A DNA stretch of 64,000 bases from Asterias rubens (GCF_902459465.1 NC_047071.1:10354001-10418000), one strand, 5' to 3'. Counted from the stretch's first letter, positions 35,875-47,100 are shown. The notes: generated by a model not told the origin, from the letters alone. Made by a program: numbers and translations.

Positions 35875-36245
35875 GGATACTATTGGTAATTACTCAAAAT
35901 AGTTATTAGCATAAAACCTTACTTGCTAACGAGTAATGGGGAGCTTTTGATAGTATTAACCATTGTGAGAAACGGCTCCCTCTGAAGTAACGTAGTTTTC
36001 GAGAGATAAGTAATTTTCTACGAATTTGATTTCGAGACCTCAAAATTAGATTTTCAGGTATCGAAATCAAGCATCTGAAAGCACACAACTTCGTGTGACA
36101 AGGGTGTCTTTCTCTCATTATTATCTCGCAACTTCGACAACATTGAGCTCAAATTTGTCACAGGTTCGTTATTTTATGCATAATAACGTTGACACCAAGT
36201 GAGAAGACTGGATTTGACAATTACCAATAGTGTCCGTGTCTTTAA
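35875..36245 (+). mobile_element. Kolobok-type MITE family A copy
   Basis: Same body as 6701-7092 (CTATTGGTAATTACTCAAAAT...GAAACGGCTCCCTCTGAAG...AATTACCAATAGTGTCC...CTTTAA). Confidence 0.85.
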
Positions 36246-36847
36246 ATTGAAACACTAGCTGCAACGAGAAAGATGACAGGCCTACTGTACTATTATTTGT
36301 CTATACATCTTGACATGTAAACTAATTGAAGGAAAGAACAATTAATGTAAATAAATAAACGTAATTTTTGAACAATATCGGTAAGAGATTTAGGCCTACC
36401 AAAAATGTAATGGACCATGCGTTCATGACGTTATAATACGATAAGTTGGTCTCAACGTTTCGACCCCGAGCCTGCCGAAAGAAGTCATCGCAACAAGTCC
36501 TCGATCGCTCCCCCCTAATGATTATTTTGTTTCACAGTGGTCAATCTACACTACTCTAAAATTGGGAAGTTCGTGGGTGGTGGGGTAAGAATCCCACCCG
36601 AGTAATGCCTGTGATTTTTTCCCCACAGAACTCGGGAAAGTATCGGTACTGAGTTTGGGCCAAATCAGTGCTGACACACATCGGTGTTAACATAATGGGT
36701 AAAAAACAAACTGAATATTCTTTATGCGATGCAATTAACGTATATTTTGTTTCACAACTTGGGCAGGTATTTTTTAGCTCCACTTGTGGCCAACTCTGAA
36801 TCCTTGCACAGAACGTGTAGGCCTACTATCTACAGGTATTTTTCAGA

Positions 36848-37158
36848 CCTTGAGACGCCTACTAGGTTAGATCATGGTCCGGTAATAGATCAAACAGCGC
36901 TGATGCGTCGGCACACATAAAAATGGGTACACACTTTGATCGGTCTGCTCATCTGCTGGTCACATCTGTGGGCACACTACGTACAGGTGAAACATGGCAG
37001 CCTTGAGACGCCTACTAGGTTAGATCATGGTCCGGTAAAAGATCAAACAGCGCTGATGCGTCGTCGGCACACATAAAAATGGGTACACACTTTGATCGGT
37101 CTGCTCATCTGCTGGTCACATCTGTGGGCACACTACGGACAGGTGAAACATGGCAGCC
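36848..37158 (+). repeat. Direct tandem duplication (~153/156 bp) covering the methyltransferase 5' leader and start codon
   Basis: CCTTGAGACGCCTACTAGG...ACAGGTGAAACATGGCAGCC occurs at 36848-37002 and 37001-37158, near-identical. Confidence 0.95.
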
Positions 37159-40100
37159 ACAGAGCTCCAGTGTGAAGGGGCCGACCAGGCGTTTTTAAAC
37201 CGTATTTCTGATCAACTTCTGGGAGGTATAGCGGGTATTGGTATTGCCATGGGTATGGAGACGGGTTTATTTGATGTGCTGATTACCCTGGGGGAGAATC
37301 CAAACACAAGCCAGCAGATTGCAGACACGGCTGGGATGAAAGAAAGGTATTCAATTTAGTTCTTCAAGATTTGCGCCATATGGCTCATGCAAATTCTACC
37401 TCCATGCATGCCATGGTGGAAGCCCTTCTTTATTTCTATCTGTTTAAATAAATTCTCTGTTGTGTCTCCAAGTTTATACTTCTTCTTCTTCTTCTTCTTC
37501 TTATAGTATTTAGTAATAGTATAGGCCTACTGTACTACACACGCCTTACTTCTAGAAACTATAAAAAAATAAGGCTCTCCACGGGGGTCACATGTAAGTA
37601 ATATCGTACTATTATGAAATGCAAAAGTAGCAGTGCTAAAGTGCAAGTGGGCAACTGGTGGCTGGCTTGGTTAACAGAGCCTAAACTATAGTTTCTAGAA
37701 AGTAGAAGTGGCGCTTGCGGCTTGGGACGATTTTTTTTTTTTTTAAGATTGTGCTTGGAATCGCATGATGAGGGGTCATATCATATGGTTTGCTGCTTGT
37801 TTCAAGTCCATGTCATCAAATGTCTTGATTTTGATTTGAGTATGTGTCAGCTACTTCGTCATTTATTTTCAATCTAGGGTTTATATTTCTATGACTCATT
37901 TCTGGACCCCACTCACTGGAGTGCTGTTGTGATGAATTTCCCTTCAAAATCCTGGTGAGAGTGCTGATTGATGTATAGCTCAGTGATGGGAAAGCTTGAA
38001 AGTGATGGGATAGCTCAGTGATGGGAAAGCTTGAAAGTAAACGTATGACCACCAGACACTAAGTCAGGCAGTCTATTAGTATAATGAGTGAATAATAGTA
38101 CCTACCTCATCTTGTTTATAAACAAAATGATATTCAAGTTGACTTTGAGTCGGATAGGCCTAAATATCTTAAAATTCCGTTGAGTACATATGAAAGTTCA
38201 CTGAAGGCCCTATAGATTTTCTGGTCAAGCAAAAGTTGTTTTTGTTCCACAAAGCTGAGCCCTGAAAATGTTTCTTGCTTTTTGTGTCTGTTTTTCTAAT
38301 AATAATAACTGGATTTACAAAAAATGCGAACCAAGGAGAAAAGTTCACAGATCAAAGTGATGGTGACAACCAGCTACAGATTTGAGAACAGGTGAGTCTT
38401 TAGAAAATTTTTTGACAGGACAGCAGAACAGTCTGAGCGTTTTTAATGGGGACAGAAAGACAGTTCCACTAGAGGCAGCAGTGGAAAATAACTCTCTCAC
38501 CGGCTAGTCTGTTTCTAGTTTCTACTCGTTTGGTTTAGATTACATTATTGATCATAGCTTCTGTTCTACTTCTTTTCACAGATATGTGAAAGAGTGGTTG
38601 GGATGCATGGCTGCTGCTGATATTATTAAGTTCGATGGGAAAACGGAAACCTACTGGCTCCCGACCAACCGATCAAACATCATGGAACTGAAAGCTGTTG
38701 CTTTAACAGCACCCACTTTGTACGGAGGATTCTTCAAAGTTGCAGAATGTTTCAGAAAGGATGGACCATCAGGTGACAAAAATTAAACCTGAATGCGTGG
38801 GTTTCTTTTGAATGCCCCCCTTGGCAAGGCACTAAGCCGAAGAAGCATATAACATGTAGTGTTTGCCTTGTCCTTCGGTGTGTGAGCGGCACACAGGCTT
38901 ATGGGGGCCCCCTTGGTGGGTCTTTAGACCCCACAAGCATGGACCCTACAATATTTATTCAACCTGGACCCCACAAGGGAATACTTTAGAAAAGGGAATA
39001 ACAGAACAGTAATGACAGGACCCGACAAACCTGATATGCCTGATCTGTAAGGTTGTATTTGGGTGCGTATGTTTGTGCGCGCAATATTTGCCCAAGCTAA
39101 AACTCAAGGAAGACTTGGCATATCAACTCCAAATATGGTTTGTTGGTTAATTCTTTGGACCCCCAAGAAGCCTATTGTTTTTTGGAATATCCATAGGTTG
39201 AATATCAAGGTCAGTATGGGAACAAACAAAAAATGTTTTCCGAGCAATAACTCAAGAATGAGATTAATCTCATCTGTGTGGTATTTGTGTTTGTCAACTC
39301 GCACCAGTCTTGCTGGATCATAACAATTTGCCAACCCAAAGCACCTTTCGTACTAGACAAGTTTCACTGGAATTTCACTTAGAAATTCAGTGGAACTTTT
39401 CACACTAAAGGCCAAGTCACACTGCAGCGATAACGAACACGATCACGACGCAAAGACATCGCGTTATATTGGTTGAATGAGCATGTACGTATTCTGCATG
39501 GAGCAATTCAACCAATAGAATGCCATCTCAGACTCTTTGCATCATGATTGTGTTTTTTTTTATCACTGCAGTGTGACCCAGCCCTTTAATCCTAACTTAA
39601 ATTGTTAATCCTGATAAACTCGCTTCGCTTTGATAAATAGCTACCACTATGTACTTGGGAAGCGAACTACTGTGTTCATTTTTTCTTTTTTTCCCTAACA
39701 AATTTAATCAGGTGTGATCAAGCATAAAGTAGGGTTAAAAAATCTCAAGGAAGTTTAATTCCTGGGAATTGGCTCTGTAATTTGAAAATATCCCTGGAAA
39801 AAAAGTACAATTTGGTTTTGAAATGCTTTCATTTGATAAATTAATTACCTGTTGTCTTTTGTCACCTCTTCTCTTTATCTCTTATTAAGGTGTACCATAT
39901 AATGCCTATCATAAGTTTGATGAGCTGATGGCTTTGACGCAAGGCCCCTTTTTTAGGGATCAGCTAGTCCAGAAGTTCATTCCATCCGTGCCCGAGTTGC
40001 ACCAACAGCTAAGTAAGAAATAAAGGCTCAAATCCCCAAGATAGCAGGGATTGCTTGTAGTGTAGAAGTGTTACTAGACCAGAACTTAGTTTTCTAGACA

Positions 40101-41701
40101 AGAATCAAAATGAGTTAAAGGGAAGGTACACGCTTGGTAATTACTCAAAACAAATATCAACTCAAAAACTGACTTGGTAATGAGCATTGGAGAGCTGTTG
40201 ATAGTATAAACCATTGTGAGAAACAGCTCCCTCTGAAAGAGCATAGATTTTGAGAAAGAGGTAATTTCTCACTAAAATAATAAAAGACTTCTAGCTAGAA
40301 GTCTTTTATTCCTATCTGAAAGCACACAAATTCGTCCAGTAAGGGTGTTGTTTTTCTCATCATTTTCTCGCAACTTAGATGACCAATTGAGCTCAAATTT
40401 TCACAGGCTTGTTATTTTATGCTTATGTTGGGATACACAAAGTGAGAAGACTGGTCTTTGACAATTACCAAAGGTGTACTTTTCCTTTAAACGGTTTAGA
40501 TAAGTTACCTTTTGTCTTTTGTGTAAGTGTACATTGTTACTCAAGAGAGGGTATTATCTGATTCATGGTCAACATTTTTTCACAAAGCTATTTAAAACAA
40601 GACCGCCAGGCTTGTCTGGTCATGAGTTTACTGGCCCCGATGCTGAAATCACACGCCTTGAGCCTGCGTTCCAGTATAAATTTCGAAATCAAATTTGTGG
40701 ATAATTACTTCTTTCTCGAAAACTATGTTACTTCAAAGGGAGCCAATTCTCACAATATTTATACTATCAACAGCTCCCCATTACTTGTTACCAAGTAAGG
40801 TTTTATGTTACTAATTATTTCGAGTAATTACCAGCAGTGTCCACTGCCTTTAAGCAGGTCCCAATTAATGTGCCTGAGACTTGCACAGTCTATTTCGTAC
40901 AGTTGCTCGAGCAGAAAACATTGCCTAGCAACTTTCTTCTAGGTAATAACTAGCAGGATACCAGTCCCAAATGGTGCAATGGTATTTTGGCTGGTATACC
41001 CTCATTCCTGTAAGTAATTATTTTTGTAGTGCTTAGCTATATATTGTGCTCTGAAAGCAAATCTATGAAATTGGACCCTGGTAATTTAAAGTACCTTCTT
41101 AACTCTTTGTTTTATTTTAGTAACTGGACTGGAGGTGTTGGACATCGGATGTGGAGAAGGCATCTCCACTTTTGCCATGGCCAGACACTTTCCCAAGAGT
41201 AAATTTTACGGTGTGGATCTATCCCAATCGGCCCTCGCCAAAGCTCGAGATAAAGAGGATGAGATGGGTCTTACTAACGTCGAGTTCATCAATGCGGATA
41301 TCACACAAATGCCCTCTGACTGGACGGACAAGTTTGACTACCTGTTCATGCATTTTGTCCTTCATGATCTCTCGTACCCCACTAAGGCTCTCCGAGAGAT
41401 GCATCGGGTACTCAAGCCAGGAGGAACACTCTCAGTCGTCGAAAGCAATACTCATTCAAACCTCCAAGAAAACTTGGATATGCGAGACCGGGAGAATATT
41501 CTAATTGAATATATTTATAGTCTACTGAATTGTATGCCAACATCTCTATATCCGGGAGATGGGGCAGCAGGTTTGGGGGCAATGTGGGGTCGTGAGAAAG
41601 CTAAAGAGTCACTGGAACAGGCCAACTTCCGAGTTGTTATGGTAACTGAAGCTTATAAAGAAGGGGTACATCTAATGTGTAAGAAACCAATGACTAGCTA
41701 A
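37150..41701 (+). CDS. Class I SAM-dependent methyltransferase with N-terminal winged helix, Rv2258c-like (~363 aa)
   Basis: Exons 37150-37346, 38582-38772, 39890-40012, 41121-41701 join in frame. N-terminal GMETGLFDVL...TSQQIADTAGMKERYVKEWLGCMA and CFRKDGPSGVPY; motif I VLDIGCGEG, GVDLS, ADITQMPSDWTDKFDY, VLHDLSYPTKALREMHRVLKPGG; C-terminal SLLNCMPTSL...GLGAMWGREKAKESLEQANF. Confidence 0.88.
40115..40490 (+). mobile_element. Kolobok-type MITE family A variant with intact TTAA TSDs
   Basis: TTAA-AGGGAAGGTACACGCTTGGTAATT...AATTACCAAAGGTGTACTTTTCCT-TTAA, in methyltransferase intron 3. Confidence 0.85.
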
Positions 41702-42800
41702 ACGTCTGCTAATTGGTTTGGGGTTAACTGAAATGTCCTGTTGGCCCAATTTCATAGAGCTGCTTAACAGCAAGTGTTGTGTTACATATGTAACTGCGCA
41801 GGTTTCCACTGCATAGCCCTGCTTATCGTAAGCACACAAAACGACGAGCTATTTTTCTGGTGCTTACTGTATGAAAACACTAATTGTGAACGTGCAAGCT
41901 CACCAAGCTGGTCGCCTAATGCTCTTGCTAATTTGGGAAATACACTTATACTCGGGAGAAGCATTTGTAAATATTTATGACTTGACCATTGCTGGCTGAC
42001 CACCAGATGGCCATTGGCAAAATATTATGAACATTCCTAGGAATGGTGAGCAGTGGTCAAGGTTTCAATGTATCAATGTTTTATTTGACCCTGCTTGTCC
42101 ACATTTGCAGTACTGATAATACACCTGTACATACTGTACATGCAAGTACTTCAGTAATGCCATCAATGTACACTCACATAAATGAATAAATTTAAATAAA
42201 AACGAATACAACTCAATTATGAAGTAATTTCACCTTTTGTCCACTCTTAGTGAAGCAGTGAGTGTTAACGATATAGCGTACCGGACTTGATCACTGGCGT
42301 TTCTAATCAACAGAGTGAGGGTTTGAGTCCAGGTGTTGAGACTTTTGTCCCTGCAAGACACTTAAAAAACAGGGGCTCAAAGGTCAGATGTAATTTTGCT
42401 ATGTACTTGTCTCCAAATATTAATAGTCTTTTTGAAAGTGGAAAGACAATTTTAAAGTCTCTACTTAAACCCAAAATGGTGTAAAACATATTGAATTTTA
42501 TAATCCTTCTCGTGTGAAATTTGTTGTAAAAAAATCATCCACATTTCAAACACATGGGTCTGTATTTGGTAAGGGGAATTTTCTGTACTTTCCAGTATTT
42601 CCAAGATTATTCCTTTAGAACAGCAATGAATTTGAACTTTTGACTGACAACAAATTCCTCTTTGGAATGTGCAGACCCATTTGTTTTTGACATTCCACGG
42701 ATTCATGTTTCAAATTGAGCTCTGAAAGAGTTAGGTATATAAAAGAAAAGGGCATAACAAAACATTTCAATGTGAGGTAAACAAGACTTGTATTTTTTTT

Positions 42801-43138
42801 TTAAGCCATTATACACTTTCGGTTAAACAGTATTGTCCAAGTCCCACACTTCGTGTATCACTACTTATATATAAAATAACGAACCTGTGAAAATTTAGGT
42901 TCATTTGGTCATCGGAGTCGGGAGAAAATAACGGGAAAACCCATTCTTGTTTCCGCATGTTTCGCCGTGTCATGACATGTGTTTAAAATAAATCCGTAAT
43001 TCTCGCTAACGAGAATTTATATTGTTTTAATGTTTTCTCAAAAAGTAAAGTACTTCAAGAGAAGTCTTTCACCATTACCTTCTGTAAATCCTGTAAAAAA
43101 AATTGTTTTTCTGTACCGAAAGTGTATAATGGCTTTAA
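42801..43138. mobile_element. TTAA-flanked MITE, family D
   Basis: TTAAGCCATTATACACTTTCGGT...ACCGAAAGTGTATAATGGCTTTAA. Confidence 0.8.
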
Positions 43139-44381
43139 TCAGTATTACTTCAGATGGCAGGCAGAAATTCGCCTTTGAAATTCGCTCTTGAAGGGGCACC
43201 CCATGGGGCATTGCTTAGTTGGATGCATTAATGTGTTTTTTGTGTGTTTGCAGTCAATGTGCTAGTATGCCCTCCGGACAAGCAGGACTCGCCTGTCTTG
43301 CACTATCCTGGCTATCATTGTCTAGTAGAAAATGGTATGGGGCTACGTACATTAACACCACGTCTCAACTTGCCCCGTCGGCTACTAAAAACTCTCCAAC
43401 CAACTTGTTGAAAATGCTAATGTTTCTTCTTTTTCAGCTGTGAGTAATTATTCACTTTTAAAAATGTGTTAATATATTTTTGAGTGTGTGGACGTTGACA
43501 ATTCGACTGGTTGTGATCACTTCCATTAATTAAATGGTAAAAGAAACATGTATCACAATACACGAACATGCTTAAAAATCTGTTCTACTAAAACTTCCTA
43601 GAGCAAGTAAAATGCAAAGTTTACTAGCTTAAGCCCAAGGTCCGAAGAGGTTTTTGCACAGTACAGGAAGATGATAAGGTTGACTCCATGTTAAAAAAGA
43701 AATGTGTTTATTACTACTGGCACTTCACATACATGTAAACATCAACAAAATGAAGATCAATTTGAATGGACACTTTACCTTCAGATTAGGCTCATTTGAG
43801 CGTTTGTCATAAAATTATTATTTTTGGAAAATAATTTCAAATTTGAGTTATAAATATTCACAACAGTCGCAAATAATCTCAGAATTGTGTGGTTTACGAT
43901 TTCCTTCTTAAACTAACACGGTCTGTACTCTGTGCAGTAAAAGATATTGTTCTACACGATGGCAGACCCCGTTAGTTCATGAAGTCTCAGGGAAAACCAC
44001 ACAATTCCAGGGATAATATGTGTAAATTTGATTCACACAAATTCCAGGGATAATATGTGTAAATTTGATCAATTCTACTTCTTTCCAACCATATTTTATG
44101 ACAAACACTTTTCAAGCTCAAATGCCCAGTCTGAAGGCACCGTGTCCCTCTAGGCCTGGTTCATACTTAAAGTAAAAGCAAAGCGAATTTTTGCACTGCA
44201 AACAATCAGTCGTGCTATTTTCTAATTAGGCCTTCATTGTAAAAAAAATTCACTTTGCTTGCGTGAAAAACGAATCCAGGCTGCTAGACGAACATGCTGG
44301 AGACCCAAAACAGGATAAATTTTCAAGTAATTCTTATAAATTACCACAAATGAAAACTTTAGTTGAGACAAATTGGTGATG

Positions 44382-46268
44382 TTACTTGTGAGAGGAAAAC
44401 AACCGAAAAATTGAAGTGTACCATCGCTTGTTTGGGGATGAAGAAGATGGCATACTGTGACTTTCCATTATACTACAAGTAGGTGAGCTGGATTGAGAAT
44501 CAAAACTCACACTAGAAGTTAATGAAGATCTACATGTAGAACGAAATACCCTGAAAAGACTGTCTTTAAATTTATCACTGATATCGTTAGAATGAATACA
44601 ACATTTAGACATCAGTGCGTCAGGCACTTGGCATCGTTCTATCCCTAAACAAATGGGTATTATTAAGTTTGTACTCCCCCTTTCTATTGAGTGTGTTAAA
44701 CTCAAATTCATCACATATTTGAAGTACTCGTCGTCAATTGACTTGGGTGTGAGAAGTAACAAAATCTTCTCAGTATTCTTGATGGCTTTCACAAGCTCAT
44801 CGCTCTTAAATGTTCCTGGCGTGTCGTCTCTGCCATTTTTGAATCCTCGAAGATGTTTGTCTTCTAAGAGGTGAAAGATGCAATCGGCTTTATCTGCATC
44901 GTCATCATGGGAAAAAATAACGAAATTGTACAATTGACATTGGTCGTTAGTTTCTTTGCTACACGATAAAGGAACCTGACATTGGTCATTAGTTTCTTTG
45001 CTGTACGATGTAGGGACCTGACATTGGTCATTAGTTTCTTTGCTGTATGATGTAGGGACCTGACATTGGTCATTAGTTTCTTTGGTACTTGATGCAGGGA
45101 CCTGATGTTGGTCATTAGTTTCTTTGCTACTCAATGCAGAGCCCCCACATTGGTCATTAGTTTCTTTACTACTCGTTGCAGAGATCCGACACTGGCCACT
45201 AGTCTCAGACCTCTGACACTGTTTTTTACTTGCTGTGCTGCTCATTGCAGAGCTCTGACATTGGTCATTAGTTTCCTCACTACTAAATAAAGAGGAGCCC
45301 TGACATTGGTCATTAGTTTCCTCACTACTAAATAAAGAGGAGCCCTGACATTGGTCATTAGTTTCTTTATTACTCAATGCAGAGCCCTGATACTGGTCAT
45401 TAGTTTCTTTACTACCCAATAGGCCCTGGTCATTAGTGTCTGCACTGCTTTTACCAGCACAGCCATGATTTGTTGGTAGTTCACCAATATTATTGGCTTT
45501 GCATGATTTCTCTGTGTTAAATTGTTGCTGAGTACCCGATAAGAATGGATGGGATTGGTCTGACAAGATAGTTAACTGTTCTAAGTTATCACTTGTCAGT
45601 GAAGCACTGTTTACAGGCTCTTCCATCTCTTCAACCTTAATTTGAACTGAACACCCACGATTTTCCATGCAGGAGGTTCCATGACTGTCTGCTGACTGAG
45701 ACAGACCAACCTCTCGGCTGGCGAAGGAAAATTCTGACAGCTCCAACTGAATTGACTTCTCCGACTCTTCAAGTTGCCCCATCTGATTCTGGGTTTCTCT
45801 GCTTAGTGTAACTGTTCCACAGGCTGACGACAAAGGCAAAACTGATTGAGAGGTAAGTTGGTGGCTCGAGCATACTGTATAACTTGACTGTGGCAGTAAC
45901 TCTTGTGATACGTTGTCGACGCTATTCGGGGTACTTGTAAGTTCTCCACAGTCCGATGACAGTGACATGGGGCAGTCCAAAGTACCGCCATAGCTTGAAG
46001 AGGAACAAATAATTGACCCCGAATTCAGATGACTGTGCGTAGTTGACATGCACTCCTTATCATCGGCAGATGATTTGAAAACTGACCTTTTTTCTGTTAA
46101 TGATGGGGAAGCAGCCTGAGCCAGCCTGGGATCCAACTGATGGTTTGGATGTGAAAACGATGACATCTCTAAAGCCAGATGGGCATTTGAATACAAAGCA
46201 GTTCTGATGCCATTCAACTCGTCTACAAGTAATCTTCTTGTCCAGTTGCTATGTTTACAGCTTGCCAT
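44382..46268 (-). CDS. TIR-domain protein, TICAM (TRIF/TRAM)-like adaptor, single coding exon, 628 aa
   Basis: Uninterrupted 628-aa ORF with a Ser-rich N-terminus, an ETNDQCQ repeat array and a TIR domain at about 44544-44933: box 1 YNFVIFSHDDDADKA, BB-loop GRDDTPG, AIKNTEKILLLLTPK, SLTHSIERGSTNLIIPICL. No transmembrane or LRR segment. A splice acceptor (TTTTGCATGTATCCAG|) at 46393 suggests a spliced 5' UTR. Confidence 0.85.
   Translation of the reverse strand: MASCKHSNWTRRLLVDELNGIRTALYSNAHLALEMSSFSHPNHQLDPRLAQAASPSLTEKRSVFKSSADDKECMSTTHSHLNSGSIICSSSSYGGTLDCPMSLSSDCGELTSTPNSVDNVSQELLPQSSYTVCSSHQLTSQSVLPLSSACGTVTLSRETQNQMGQLEESEKSIQLELSEFSFASREVGLSQSADSHGTSCMENRGCSVQIKVEEMEEPVNSASLTSDNLEQLTILSDQSHPFLSGTQQQFNTEKSCKANNIGELPTNHGCAGKSSADTNDQGLLGSKETNDQYQGSALSNKETNDQCQGSSLFSSEETNDQCQGSSLFSSEETNDQCQSSAMSSTASKKQCQRSETSGQCRISATSSKETNDQCGGSALSSKETNDQHQVPASSTKETNDQCQVPTSYSKETNDQCQVPTSYSKETNDQCQVPLSCSKETNDQCQLYNFVIFSHDDDADKADCIFHLLEDKHLRGFKNGRDDTPGTFKSDELVKAIKNTEKILLLLTPKSIDDEYFKYVMNLSLTHSIERGSTNLIIPICLGIERCQVPDALMSKCCIHSNDISDKFKDSLFRVFRSTCRSSLTSSVSFDSQSSSPTCSIMESHSMPSSSSPNKRWYTSIFRLFSSHK
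44935..45445 (-). repeat. Coding tandem repeat in the TIR protein: about 12 units of 42-45 nt (S-K/E-ETNDQCQ-x6-7)
   Basis: Recurrent GACATTGGTCATTAGTTTC on the + strand. Protein reads SKETNDQYQGSALS/NKETNDQCQGSSLFS/.../SKETNDQCQVPTSY/SKETNDQCQ|LYNF. Confidence 0.95.
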
Positions 46269-47100
46269 ATCGCCCAGAAATCTTCTGGTGCCATTGTGAA
46301 GAATCCCTCAGATGTCTCCAAGGTCTGAAGCTGATCATGACTGTAGTTCCTCTATGCAGAGGTAATGCGGCGCTTCAGTACTGCACACCTTTCCTGGATA
46401 CATGCAAAAAATATATATAACAATTAGGTCAGTGGTTCATTAACTTATTAAAAGTAGATTGAATTGAACCTAGGCCTATTAAACAAGTAGTTGTTTTACT
46501 TTATAACCAAGTGACACAGGTAAAACTTAAACTGCAGTGCATAAAAATTCAGTGTAATTATATAGAGTATTGCCATTGTAGGGCAAGGACCAACACAAAT
46601 GTTAAGACAATTTCTGACAAATCGACACAGGTTGCTTTTGACAAACCTTCACAGTTTTGCCTACAAACTGAGAATAGAAGAGTTCTGTTTTTTTTCACTT
46701 ACTTGTTTGAAAATGAAAGCTCAGACTGTGCACACTTTAATTTCACATGCATCCTAGCAAATGCAAACGAAAGTGTTAACATGGGTTGTTGAACGTGAAC
46801 GGACCAGCCACCCTACACTACATCATAACAATACATGAACCAACCGTACACCAGACATTACTATTTTTGTTGATTGTCTATTTTTGGACAGGACAGGAGT
46901 GAGCCTGAGAGTGGTGTCCCCAAAATAGAGCTCATCAGCCCAAAACACACTGTCACTAAACAGTATCTCTAGTGCAGTGGTGGCGGCGGCGAAACAAACC
47001 AGACATTTTGTGTCTTGGGATGGGCATGGGATTTGTGAGAGTCATGACTGAGTCATGACGTGTTTTTTGGTGTGTTTTTTTTTGGGGGGGGGGGGGGGGC

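Noticed and set aside
46269-46393. Possible N-terminal extension of the TIR ORF to the 46393 acceptor
   Set aside because: All three frames contain stops, so it was treated as 5' UTR. It holds an out-of-frame ATG (MAPEDFWAIWQ...) overlapping the start; a sequencing frameshift cannot be excluded without reads.
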